Under the pieces are notes generated by a model, which was not told the origin of the DNA, made no database searches, and worked only from the letters and a program-made list of their open reading frames with translations. Below are positions 10,742 to 19,118 of a DNA stretch of 64,000 nucleotides, piece after piece; position 1 is the stretch's first letter, and the number at the start of each line of letters is the position of its first letter. Position numbers and translations under genes: made by a program. The stretch lies in the NCBI GenBank assembly GCA_900547165.1, contig URFZ01000003.1, positions 30,997 to 94,996 of the forward strand, read 5' to 3'. This DNA comes from an uncultured Eubacteriales bacterium (GTDB taxonomy: Bacteria > Bacillota > Clostridia > Oscillospirales > UBA644).

Positions 10742-10770
10742 TTGACATCGGGAAACATTTGTATTATAAT
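10742..10770 (+). promoter_or_regulatory. Consensus sigma-A promoter for glnA
   Basis: TTGACA (10742-10747), a 17-nt spacer, then TATAAT (10765-10770). Confidence 0.65.
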
Positions 10771-10800
10771 TATATCAATAATATGAATGGAAAGTCTGCA

Positions 10801-12105
10801 ATGAAAGAATACGAAAATATATTGCGCTTTGCCGAGGAACACGACGTCAAATTCGTCAGCCTTGCATTTTGCGACATTTACGGAAATCAAAAAAATATAT
10901 GCGTAATGCCGGAAGAACTGCCGAGAATCTTTGAAAACGGCATTTCTTTTGACGCTTCCGACATACCCGGGTTTACGGATAAAGAAAGTGTCAGTTGCCT
11001 GCTTTTTCCCGAGCCGGAAACTATGACGTTGTTGCCTTGGTCAACTTCGGGTGAAAAGGAACTTCACCTTTTTTGCGACATACGTCACACAGACTCTTCG
11101 CCGTTCGAAAGCGATCTTCGTTACGCGCTGAAAAAAGCGGTGGCACGACTTTTCGAACTCGGATACGAATGCAAAGTCGGAATCGAAAGCGAATTTTATC
11201 TTTTCAAATGCGATACGGACGGAAATCCTACAAGAACGCCTCTTGACAACGCGGGGTATATGGATATTTCCCCCCGCGACAAGGGCGGAGATATAAGACG
11301 TGAGATATGCCTTACGCTCGGTGAAATGGGCATACGCCCGCAAAGTTCCCAGCACAAGAGAGGCCCCGGACAAAACGAAATAGATTTCAGATATTCGTCC
11401 GCGGTAACCGCTGTTGACAATTACATCACATACCGTTCCGTTGTAAAAACGCTTGCGGCACAGCACAATCTTTTCGCGTCGTTTATGCCCAAACCGTTCC
11501 CCGATAAAAGCGGAAGCGGATTGCATTTTCACGTTTCGCTTTATAAAGACGGAAAAAATGTTTTTCTGACAAACAGGGGAGTTGCGGAAAGTTTTATAGA
11601 GGGCGTTCTGACATATATAGATGAAATAACGATGTTTATGAACCCGTTGACCAATTCATACGCGCGTTTCGGCTCATTTGAAGCCCCGAAATACGTTGCA
11701 TGGTCAAATACAAACCGTTCTCAACTTGTCAGAATACCTGCTGCGCCCGATGCAAATAAGCGCGTCGAGATTCGCTCCGCAGACCCATCCTGCTCGCCGT
11801 ATGCGGCGTTGACGCTGCTTCTGAATGCGGGTATATACGGAATAGAACACAAACTTCCCGTCAGAAAACCGATAGAACAAACGCTGTACAAAGCGCCTTG
11901 CGGTGTGACGGACGGTCTTGCTTCGCTTCCAAACAGTCTTTATGAAGCGGTCGAACTCGGTGCATCGTCAAGTTTTGTGCGCTCCGTTCTGCCCGAATAT
12001 GCGGTCAAAACTTACGTTGATGAAAAACGTAAAGAGTGTATGTCTTATCTGCAAGCGGACAATAAGACGGAATATGAGATTGATAAATATTTCGAGACGG
12101 TCTGA
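10801..12105 (+). CDS. glnA: Glutamine synthetase (type I-like)
   Basis: GS beta-grasp N-terminus (VKFVSLAFCDIYGNQKNI) and catalytic domain (GIESEFYLF, SQHKRGPGQNEIDF, GSGLHFHVSL, NRSQLVRIP). The track start at 10759 lies inside the promoter. ATG 10801 (or 10783) is more plausible. Confidence 0.85.
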   Translation: MKEYENILRFAEEHDVKFVSLAFCDIYGNQKNICVMPEELPRIFENGISFDASDIPGFTDKESVSCLLFPEPETMTLLPWSTSGEKELHLFCDIRHTDSSPFESDLRYALKKAVARLFELGYECKVGIESEFYLFKCDTDGNPTRTPLDNAGYMDISPRDKGGDIRREICLTLGEMGIRPQSSQHKRGPGQNEIDFRYSSAVTAVDNYITYRSVVKTLAAQHNLFASFMPKPFPDKSGSGLHFHVSLYKDGKNVFLTNRGVAESFIEGVLTYIDEITMFMNPLTNSYARFGSFEAPKYVAWSNTNRSQLVRIPAAPDANKRVEIRSADPSCSPYAALTLLLNAGIYGIEHKLPVRKPIEQTLYKAPCGVTDGLASLPNSLYEAVELGASSSFVRSVLPEYAVKTYVDEKRKECMSYLQADNKTEYEIDKYFETV

Positions 12106-12108
12106 CGC

Positions 12109-12255
12109 ATGGAAAAATACCTTGAAAGAATCGAATCGCTTAAAAATTCACGTTCGGCGGATGAACTGCGCCTGACCGCGAAAAAATACGGGTTGATTTT
12201 AAGCGAAAAAGAGGCTGAAAATGTCTTTTCGAGATTAAAAAGAACTTATCAGTAG
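12109..12255 (+). CDS. Small hypothetical protein (48 aa), not in the ORF track
   Basis: The ATG lies 3 nt after the glnA stop. Peptide: MEKYLERIESLKNSRSADELRLTAKKYGLILSEKEAENVFSRLKRTYQ. It ends exactly at the base of the terminator hairpin. Helical, charged composition. There is no clear SD, so this is tentative. Confidence 0.35.
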   Translation: MEKYLERIESLKNSRSADELRLTAKKYGLILSEKEAENVFSRLKRTYQ

Positions 12256-12289
12256 AAAACAGCGATTGCATTTTGCAATCGCTGTTTTC
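12255..12289. terminator. Bidirectional hairpin terminator between convergent genes
   Basis: Perfect 16-bp stem gaaaacagcgattgca / tgcaatcgctgttttc (12255-12270 and 12274-12289) with a 3-nt loop. It sits exactly between the two convergent stop codons. Confidence 0.8.
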
Positions 12290-13191
12290 TACCAATCGTC
12301 TTCTTCGTCTTTCTTTTCGTCAGTAAATATTTTTTCTTTTTTCTTCTTTTCTTTCTTCGGCTGTTCCTTTTCTTCCGTCACTTCCGTCTCATTCGGTTGC
12401 ACGGGGTCAAAGGAAGTCAATTCTTCGTCCGTTTCATCAACGCCCATTGATTTAGAGAGAAGATGAATTTCGCCGACGGATATGGGGGCAAAATCATCGG
12501 GCTCTTTTTCTGTTATTTCTTTCACCGTATCGTTTTCAATCACTTTTTCTATATAGTCGGCTTTAAACTGTCCGAAAACGCGGAAACTTTCGAGCAGAGA
12601 AAGCAGACAGATCGCGGTCGCGATTGCAGTCTCTATATAAAAATCCATAAAAAACGATGCAAACAGTCCGACAAACGAGGCTACGGCAGTCAGAACGCAG
12701 ACATTCATCTGCGTTGAAACGGGTTTGATCCACCTTACACCGCTTAATTTGATTTTATCGGATGTGTTCAATGCAAAACCTATTTTCAAAAGCAGAACGG
12801 GAATTATTATCATAAACAGCCATATTTTCGGCGCACGATCAAGGTAAGAGACTTTGAGCGTCATCAGATAGAATCCGAAATATATCCCTGCCGCAGAAAA
12901 CGGGAGCATTATTATGGCGATAACTTTTTTGAATTTTTTGCCGAGTTTTGCGCAAAGTGCGGCAGAAACAATGTTATGCAGTCCGTCGGCGATGACCGAA
13001 TAGCCGTTCATGAAAAAGCCCGCTATAAGTTCAAGTGCGGAAAGTGCAAGCAAAACCGCCATGTCTGCATTTATTGCGGAAGTCGCGGCTTCATCATATT
13101 CAATTTGTCCGAGCAGTTCCGCCGTATCTTTTTTGTCTTTTTTCATCTGAATACTCCGAAAATCCTTGCTGTTTTCTATATTATAGAACAT
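12289..13191 (-). CDS. Polytopic membrane protein, degenerate cation-diffusion-facilitator-like TM domain with a long Lys/Glu/Asp-rich tail
   Basis: It has 5-6 hydrophobic helices. SVIADGLHNIVSA resembles CDF TM2, but the usual H/D metal ligands are largely absent. The C-terminal ~90 aa are highly charged (EKEQPKKEKKKKEKIFTDEKKDEEDDW). The start may be the ATG at 13146 (MKKDKKD). Confidence 0.45.
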   Translation of the reverse strand: MFYNIENSKDFRSIQMKKDKKDTAELLGQIEYDEAATSAINADMAVLLALSALELIAGFFMNGYSVIADGLHNIVSAALCAKLGKKFKKVIAIIMLPFSAAGIYFGFYLMTLKVSYLDRAPKIWLFMIIIPVLLLKIGFALNTSDKIKLSGVRWIKPVSTQMNVCVLTAVASFVGLFASFFMDFYIETAIATAICLLSLLESFRVFGQFKADYIEKVIENDTVKEITEKEPDDFAPISVGEIHLLSKSMGVDETDEELTSFDPVQPNETEVTEEKEQPKKEKKKKEKIFTDEKKDEEDDW

Positions 13192-13257
13192 TCAAAAGTC
13201 TTTGTCAACCGTTTTTATTCGAAAAAATAAGGACGCATTTCTGCGTCCTTGATCTTT

Positions 13258-14187
13258 TTATACGGGAACTTCGTCAAAAGAAGTTCTTATGACCTTGTTG
13301 GCTTCGGGAGGGGAATACACAAACTCGTCAATATGCGATCCGTGGCAAAAATATCTGTAATCTTCGAGTTTTGCGTCTCCGCAAAAACAGTCGATTATGC
13401 TCAATTTTATTTTCATTTTTTCGGGAATTATATTTTTTATGTAAACGGTTGCCTGCTGACCCGAAACGATGCCCGCTTTATATTCGGCGAGTCCCGCAAG
13501 GTTCGGCGTCAACTCAATAAATATACCGTAATCTTCGATAGAGCGCACAACTCCGCAAACGGTCTGCCCGACATCGAACATATCCGCGTTTTCTTCCCAT
13601 GTTCCGAGAAGTTCTTTGTGCGAGAGGGTAAACCGTCGGTTTTCATAATCAATGTCCTTTATAACGACACGGATATTTTGTCCGACAAAAAATCTGTCCC
13701 TCGGGTGCGAAATCCTCGAAACCGAAATATTTTCGATACTTATAAGCCCAACTATCCCGCAGCCGATATCCGCAAATGCGCCGAACGGTTCAAGGTGCGT
13801 TATCCGCGCGGGAATTATGTCGCCCTTTTTGTATGTCGAGAGCATATAGTTCAGAGCGTCCTGCTGTGCCGAAACGCGGCTGAGACGGGCAACTGTTTGT
13901 CCCTGCTTTGTCAGAATGTCGTCTACCTTGAAGCATATCTGTTTGTTGACGCGGCTCAAAACGGCAATGTCTTTAACGCTTCCGTCGCGTATGCCTATCG
14001 CAGCTTCCTCTCTCGGTATAACACCTTTAATGTCTCCGAGATCCACTATCAGGTTGTGGTCGTTGTCGCACATAACGGCGCGTGCTTCGAGAATCCTGTT
14101 GGTCGCTTTTGCCCGTTCAAGTTGAAGCAAAGACGGCTTTTCGTCAAGTGCGCTTGTGCCTTCGGGTCTGTAATTGATACTGTTCAT
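13258..14187 (-). CDS. S1 RNA-binding domain protein (multi-S1)
   Basis: S1 motifs GDIIPARITHLEPFGAFADIGCGIVGLISIENIS and GQTVCGVVRSIEDYGIFIELTPNLAGLAEY. Confidence 0.8.
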   Translation of the reverse strand: MNSINYRPEGTSALDEKPSLLQLERAKATNRILEARAVMCDNDHNLIVDLGDIKGVIPREEAAIGIRDGSVKDIAVLSRVNKQICFKVDDILTKQGQTVARLSRVSAQQDALNYMLSTYKKGDIIPARITHLEPFGAFADIGCGIVGLISIENISVSRISHPRDRFFVGQNIRVVIKDIDYENRRFTLSHKELLGTWEENADMFDVGQTVCGVVRSIEDYGIFIELTPNLAGLAEYKAGIVSGQQATVYIKNIIPEKMKIKLSIIDCFCGDAKLEDYRYFCHGSHIDEFVYSPPEANKVIRTSFDEVPV

Positions 14188-14254
14188 TGGTGTTTAACCT
14201 CCTTTGTTATCACTTAAAAATATTCAAAGGAGAATTAAAATATTCCAAAAAAAC

Positions 14255-14285
14255 GGGGAAACGACGAAACTTCCGCCGTTTCCCC
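14255..14285 (-). terminator. Terminator of the 841-aa gene
   Basis: A 9-bp stem ggggaaacg/cgtttcccc (14255-14263 and 14277-14285). On the minus strand it is followed by a T7 run (A-run at 14247-14253 on plus). Confidence 0.7.
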
Positions 14286-14296
14286 AAAATGCGGCA

Positions 14297-16822
14297 TTAT
14301 TTGCCGAATCTTTCGAGAAGATATTCGCAGCAGAGGATTTTTTCCATCATGCTGTACTTGTTGAAGAAATAGTGGTTTGCCGCTTCGTAACCGATGGTGG
14401 AGTTGTGAATCATAACTTTGTACATCTCCATCGCGGTATCCATTTCCGCATTAAGAAGTTCAATGATACGTTTTCTGTATTCCTCTTTCTTTGCGGGATC
14501 GGTCTCTTCGTCGAATTTGTTTCTCGTGACGTTATATGCTGTCTGCTGATACGAACTCTTGAACAGACAATACGTTCCTGTTGCAACGTCAACAAATTCA
14601 GCCAAACGCTTGTTTTCAGCAAGGTCTTTATCCGTTACGGACGCTTTCAGTTCGTCTATGCCTTCCTTGAATCCCTCGGCAACAAGTCGGAGTTGATTTT
14701 CGAAAATATCCAGCGGGTAAATCGAACGCCATTGATTTATATCGTCATAGGGAAGTCCAGTCATTGTTGCATAGAGTTTTGTCTGATGTTCAAACAGCGG
14801 GTTGGACGGTCCCATATGTTGCGGACCTTTGTAAAGTGTTCCGATATGGAACGGGAAGTTCTGGAATGCTTTGGAGAACGTTTCTGTCGCCTTATTGATA
14901 ACGGGTGCTTTGTCTCCGAATATGGAAACTATCGCGTCCTGCGGGTTTCCGTTTGTCCAATAATACTGGCTGGCAACTTCAAGATTCATGGACGGGTAGC
15001 CGCCGAGCGTCCAACCTATCATAAGACCGTCAACTTTGTTGTCAACAATGCCCTGAATATGCTGTTCCACAAGGTCAACAACAGGCAGATAGGGAACGGT
15101 AGAGCATTCCCATGTGTTGTTGAACTGAACTTTTGCAAGCGTCTTTACGCCGTGTTTTCTGCACGTTTTCCAGATATTCTTTGCATTTTCGCCGGGGCCT
15201 ACAAGAGAAATGGAGTAGTCGATAACTGATGTCTCAATACCGCCGATCGTCTTTTTAACACCCTCTTCGCTTGTACACATAACGCGAGCGCCCTCGTCGC
15301 CGATAGCCTGCGCCATATCGTCCCAGGAATCGAATCTGCCTGTCCAACCCCAGTTCCATGCAAGGACTTTGATGTCTTTGTTGACCTTTCTTGCGGCTCT
15401 TGCAATTATAAGGTTAACTTCCGCAAGGACTTCGTAAGCCTTTCTCTTGCTGCATCTCGGGCAGGGTGTTTCAACAACGTGCGCATAGCAGTTTGTCAGG
15501 TTTTCGGAAGCTGTTATCGTGAAGAATCCGCCGAGTTGCGGCGCCGCTTCGCACAGTTGGGTTATCGAATCCGAAAGATATTTTTGAACTTCGGGCGTAG
15601 AGGTGCAGAGCGTGCCCTCGGGACCGTTGGAATAGCCGAGCAATTCGGGATATTTGTCAAAGAAACTCATCGGCATTGCGCGGGGTTCGTTCATGTAAAG
15701 GTAAACCTTTATGCCGAATTTTGCGGCTCTTGCAACAAGGCTTTGAAGACCTTTTATACGCTGCTGCCACTTATCGGAAAGAGACGGTTCCCACGGAAAC
15801 TCAACGAGTTTGTAAAGAACTGCGTGTATCCAGATACCGTTTATGCCTATTCTGGAATATTCTTTGAGAAGTTCATCGGGGTACGACGAAACGCCGCCTT
15901 CAAGCAGAGCGTCTCCGTAAAGTGCGTTATAGGAATATGTATATCTGACATCAAATTGAGTGTCTCTGACTATCGTGCCTTCATCAAACGTAAGGCCGTC
16001 GTTTCTGTCTGCGATGAAAGCGATATATTGAAGACCTTTGTTGACGCCCTCTTCGTCAACTGCGGTAACGGTAATTCCGTCTTTTGCGAACGCCACAACA
16101 TGGCTTTCCTGTTTTTTTGTTTCGTCAGGCTCAATTTTAAGAGTTATAAATTTTTCCGTGCCGCAGAGTTTGACGCCCCACTCTTTTTCGGTGTCGTTGA
16201 CAAAGTTTTCGGCAAAGACGTCAACCGCGGAATTTCCGCTTTCGTTTTTAACGCCCCATGAAGAATCGAGAACAACGGCTCTGTTTGTGTTGTTCTTCAT
16301 TTTTCTTTCGGGTTTGCCGTAGTCTTTGATAAAGTCAAAGTCGTTAACGGTTATCTTGTCTCTGTATTCGGCAAAATGCTTTTCCGTCCACGCTTTGAGC
16401 TTCTTTGTCTGCTCTTTCTGCTCTTCTGTAAGCGGGGTATACTTTATTTCGGAAACATTCGGTTTTTCCTGCAACTTAACGCCGAGGAAATCGTCCTCTT
16501 TAAGCGTGAACGCAAGTTCGTCGCGCGTCATTCCCGCGCATTTGATCAGTTGGTCGTAGGGAACGACCTGCCAGTTGTTTCTGATGATAGTTATAAAACC
16601 GCGCTTCGCATATTCGGCGTTATACTTCATCGGAACGTCAAGTCCCATGTCGGCGGCAAGTCCGTTAACGGTCTCAACGTCTGTTCCCAGAACTTCCGCT
16701 ATCGTTTCGGTTTTGACCATGCCCCAGTTACGCCAAATGAAAAGTTGCTGTCTTGTCGGAAAATACGGATATTCGGCAATGACTTCCGTAGTGTCCGGCA
16801 GGGTAAGAATTGACATTTTCAT
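14297..16822 (-). CDS. Large uncharacterised protein, possible TIM-barrel (clan GH-A-like) glycoside hydrolase with helical C-terminal domain
   Basis: 841 aa with no signal peptide. The central alternating beta/alpha pattern contains a VYLYMNEPRA (NEP-type acid/base-like) motif and a CPRC pair. I cannot assign a family from memory. Confidence 0.4.
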   Translation of the reverse strand: MKMSILTLPDTTEVIAEYPYFPTRQQLFIWRNWGMVKTETIAEVLGTDVETVNGLAADMGLDVPMKYNAEYAKRGFITIIRNNWQVVPYDQLIKCAGMTRDELAFTLKEDDFLGVKLQEKPNVSEIKYTPLTEEQKEQTKKLKAWTEKHFAEYRDKITVNDFDFIKDYGKPERKMKNNTNRAVVLDSSWGVKNESGNSAVDVFAENFVNDTEKEWGVKLCGTEKFITLKIEPDETKKQESHVVAFAKDGITVTAVDEEGVNKGLQYIAFIADRNDGLTFDEGTIVRDTQFDVRYTYSYNALYGDALLEGGVSSYPDELLKEYSRIGINGIWIHAVLYKLVEFPWEPSLSDKWQQRIKGLQSLVARAAKFGIKVYLYMNEPRAMPMSFFDKYPELLGYSNGPEGTLCTSTPEVQKYLSDSITQLCEAAPQLGGFFTITASENLTNCYAHVVETPCPRCSKRKAYEVLAEVNLIIARAARKVNKDIKVLAWNWGWTGRFDSWDDMAQAIGDEGARVMCTSEEGVKKTIGGIETSVIDYSISLVGPGENAKNIWKTCRKHGVKTLAKVQFNNTWECSTVPYLPVVDLVEQHIQGIVDNKVDGLMIGWTLGGYPSMNLEVASQYYWTNGNPQDAIVSIFGDKAPVINKATETFSKAFQNFPFHIGTLYKGPQHMGPSNPLFEHQTKLYATMTGLPYDDINQWRSIYPLDIFENQLRLVAEGFKEGIDELKASVTDKDLAENKRLAEFVDVATGTYCLFKSSYQQTAYNVTRNKFDEETDPAKKEEYRKRIIELLNAEMDTAMEMYKVMIHNSTIGYEAANHYFFNKYSMMEKILCCEYLLERFGK

Positions 16823-17000
16823 ATCCTCCTTAAAGGTATGCCTGTATTAAAATTTTTTTTATACATAAAAGACTGAGGTTTCCGCAAGCATAAAGGCAGC
16901 GTTACCTCAGTCATTCTATCATTAAATAAATTAAAATGCAAGTGTTTTAATACATTGTTAACAAAATATTATTCCATTAAAACTAATATATAAAAATATA

Positions 17001-17621
17001 TCAGTCGTGAGCGCATTTTTTACACGGGTCGTAATGACGTTTTGCGTCTTCAAGACTTTTCGGTGTCGCATTCTTTCCTGCGCAGGATTTCGAATAGTGA
17101 TATTTCTTGCCTGTCGGCGTGACATATACGGTCTTATCTGTCGGAGACGTTTCGTTTTCGGTCTGTATAACTACGCTTTCCGTAGTGCTTTCTGTTGTTG
17201 AAAACTCTGTCTCGGGCGCGTTTGTTGTTGCGGTCTTCCGTTCCGTTACTTTAATTTTGATTTCGGGTGTTTTAACACTTTTATCGGCAGTTTCAAACCA
17301 AATATGCGCAGTGCCTGTTCCGATTGCTTCGATTCTGAATTTAAAAGTGTCCGAGCCGTCATAAGTCTTTTCGACAACGGTCGCAACAGCTGGATTATCG
17401 GAGTTTGCGATAATTGTTGCTTCATCAAATTTGCCTTTCGCCGTCACAAACAGACAAAGCTCTTCCGATATTTCACCTGCCTCCAATTCAAAATCCGAAT
17501 ATTTCTCTGCAAAATCCAATTTCGTTATTTCATTTTTCGATTTGGGTACACAAGCGCATAAAAATACCGTAAAAACAAGTATAACTGACAGCGTTGAAAT
17601 GAATTTCTTCATTTCATACAT
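17001..17621 (-). CDS. Lipoprotein with Ig-like (Big_2-like) domain and C-terminal Cys-rich YHxxxxC...CxxC motif
   Basis: Signal peptide plus lipobox (VFLCAC). Ig-like segment PAVATVVEKTYDGSDTFKFRIEAIGTGTAHIWFE. C-terminus GKKYHYSKSCAGKNATPKSLEDAKRHYDPCKKCAHD. Confidence 0.7.
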   Translation of the reverse strand: MYEMKKFISTLSVILVFTVFLCACVPKSKNEITKLDFAEKYSDFELEAGEISEELCLFVTAKGKFDEATIIANSDNPAVATVVEKTYDGSDTFKFRIEAIGTGTAHIWFETADKSVKTPEIKIKVTERKTATTNAPETEFSTTESTTESVVIQTENETSPTDKTVYVTPTGKKYHYSKSCAGKNATPKSLEDAKRHYDPCKKCAHD

Positions 17622-17665
17622 CTCCTTTTTTCTGAATATCGGTTCGTTTCAAAATCTGTGACAAA

Positions 17666-17694
17666 ATTATACATCAAAAGACATTTTTTGTCAA
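17666..17694 (-). promoter_or_regulatory. Consensus sigma-A promoter for the lipoprotein gene
   Basis: On the minus strand: TTGACA (17694-17689), a 17-nt spacer, then TATAAT (17671-17666). Confidence 0.65.
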
Positions 17695-17744
17695 CGTTTT
17701 ATGTGCAAAAAATGCGTTTATGCAAAAAATATTCCAAAAAGGTA

Positions 17745-17773
17745 TTGAAAACGAATAAAATATGTGCTATAAT
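17745..17773 (+). promoter_or_regulatory. Strong promoter of the large ncRNA
   Basis: TTGAAA (17745-17750), a 17-nt spacer, then extended -10 TGcTATAAT (17765-17773). Three A-tracts precede it (17706-12, 17724-29, 17736-40), UP-element-like. Confidence 0.75.
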
Positions 17774-17779
17774 GTGTTC

Positions 17780-18415
17780 TACGATGATGCGGTATTCTAG
17801 TCGGTTTTTGCAACGACCAGGGTGGGGCTAAAAATCCACCGAAGGGCATATCTGTGAAACTTCTGGTGCTTGCTTCTTACGCCCAGTCTGGGGTGGGTGC
17901 TGGATGGGGGACGCGAGAGCGTCCTATGGCTTACGGGCAACCGTAATGGCATACGATCCTGTTCCGTTTGCCGTGGAGACCCGAACTTGTGCCTTATTGC
18001 GTGGTACGACTCGGGATAAAACCTGCAAGGCGGTGTAACGCCTGTTCCGAAGGAACTTTGCAAAAACATTTTTTTGAAATGGGGATTACGCTGTGTGCAG
18101 CCGTAGCCTGTCTTGAGTGGGTGCGGTGAATGTTCGATCAGAAGCAAACTGCGGCAGCAGACTTGCTTTATTGCGGATTGAAACCGTTCTTGCAAAAGAG
18201 ACTAAGCGTTGACTTAAACCGTTGAGGAAATCTCCTAGACCGTATACGCTCAAAGGATTGCAGTATGTACTGAGTGGCGATCAAGTTAAAATCGCAGTGA
18301 TGCGGTTTTCGTGGGCTTCAAAGGGAAACCGCCCGTTTGGCGACAGCGGGTAGAACATGGGGAAACCTACTTGACCTAAGACATAAGATTAACTTTGGGC
18401 GTTATCATCGTATAT
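17780..18415 (+). ncRNA. OLE-class (ornate, large, extremophilic) RNA candidate, ~630 nt
   Basis: The gap has no credible ORF.
- Terminal closing helix: ACGATGAT (17781-88) pairs with ATCATCGT (18403-10), followed by a T-run.
- Many local hairpins, with GNRA loops only in the + orientation: GGACGC-GAGA-GCGTCC (17909-24) and TTACGG-GCAA-CCGTAA (17931-46).
- Further hairpins: GTTCC-GAA-GGAAC (18044-56) and GCGGTTT/AAACCGC (18302-08 / 18326-32).
- It lies directly upstream of a 4-TM protein and tlyA-nadK-argR-recN, the neighbourhood known for OLE RNA.
Boundaries are +/-10 nt. Confidence 0.8.
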
Positions 18416-18458
18416 TTTTTTGATTAAATAACACTCGTATAATTACAGGAGAAACAAA

Positions 18459-19118
18459 ATGAAAGAAGATGTCTCTTCGGATTTAGACCGAAGTAACAAG
18501 TCCGAATCAGAGGAAAACGAGGACAAAAAAAATAAAGACGTCCAGCCGCAGGAACAGAAAAAGCAGAAAAAAGAAAGTCTTTTCAATTGGAAATGGACGG
18601 CAAGAATATTTCTTTTAACTTTTTCGATATCGATTGGACTTTCGCTTTTTTCCGAATCGGTTTCGGAAGAACTTCCGGTATGGGTCGCATTTATCATTCT
18701 TTGCGTTTTTGTTTTCATAGGTATTCTTTTTGATATAATAGGAACGGCTGTCATGTCCGCCGATCCCAAGAGCCTGAACTCAATGTGCACCAGACAGGTT
18801 AAAGGCGCAAAAAAAGCGCTTAAATGGGTGCAGAGTGCAGATACCGTCGCTAACTTCTGCAACGACGTAATGGGCGATATTTCAAGCGTATTGAGCGGTT
18901 CCGTCGGCAGTGTTATAGCAATAGGGCTTGCAGATACTTTCAATTTCAGCAAACTTATATCCGCAGTCGTTGTAACTGCATTGACATCTGCGATAACAGT
19001 TGCAGGTAAATCTTTCGGCAAAAACTTCGCAATGAAAAAAGCGAATGACATAATTTTCTTTTTCGCAAGACTTTTAAGCGTCTTCGGCGAGGAAAAAAGT
19101 AAGAAAAAGAAGAAATAA
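18459..19118 (+). CDS. oapA: OLE-associated membrane protein A candidate (4-TM)
   Basis: 219 aa. A charged N-terminal ~40 aa is followed by four hydrophobic helices rich in small residues, then a Lys-rich tail. It starts 40 nt after the RNA with a good RBS (caggaga). Its stop overlaps the tlyA ATG (TAATG). Confidence 0.7.
   Translation: MKEDVSSDLDRSNKSESEENEDKKNKDVQPQEQKKQKKESLFNWKWTARIFLLTFSISIGLSLFSESVSEELPVWVAFIILCVFVFIGILFDIIGTAVMSADPKSLNSMCTRQVKGAKKALKWVQSADTVANFCNDVMGDISSVLSGSVGSVIAIGLADTFNFSKLISAVVVTALTSAITVAGKSFGKNFAMKKANDIIFFFARLLSVFGEEKSKKKKK

Noticed and set aside
13249-14217. 322-aa plus-strand ORF mirroring the S1-domain gene
   Set aside because: This is a shadow ORF. The minus-strand frame carries clear S1 motifs. 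The plus-strand frame has Arg/Phe/Cys-rich, low-plausibility composition and no RBS.
17797-18195. 132-aa ORF on the minus strand inside the large intergenic region
   Set aside because: It lies entirely antisense to the structured RNA. Its composition is Pro/Arg/His/Cys-rich, and it has no RBS or promoter. It is explained as a chance open frame in a relatively GC-rich RNA gene.
17780-18415. Alternative identities for the large RNA: RNase P RNA, tmRNA, 6S RNA, group II intron, ROOL/GOLLD
   Set aside because: - RNase P: I could not find the universally conserved core sequence.
- tmRNA: there are no tRNA-like GGGG...CCA ends or tag reading frame.
- 6S RNA: the element is far too long.
- Group II intron: it lacks the GUGYG 5' end, a domain V-like element and an intron-encoded protein.
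- ROOL/GOLLD: these are usually prophage or tRNA associated, whereas this element has the oapA-tlyA-nadK-argR-recN synteny typical of OLE.
A final decision needs covariance-model searches.
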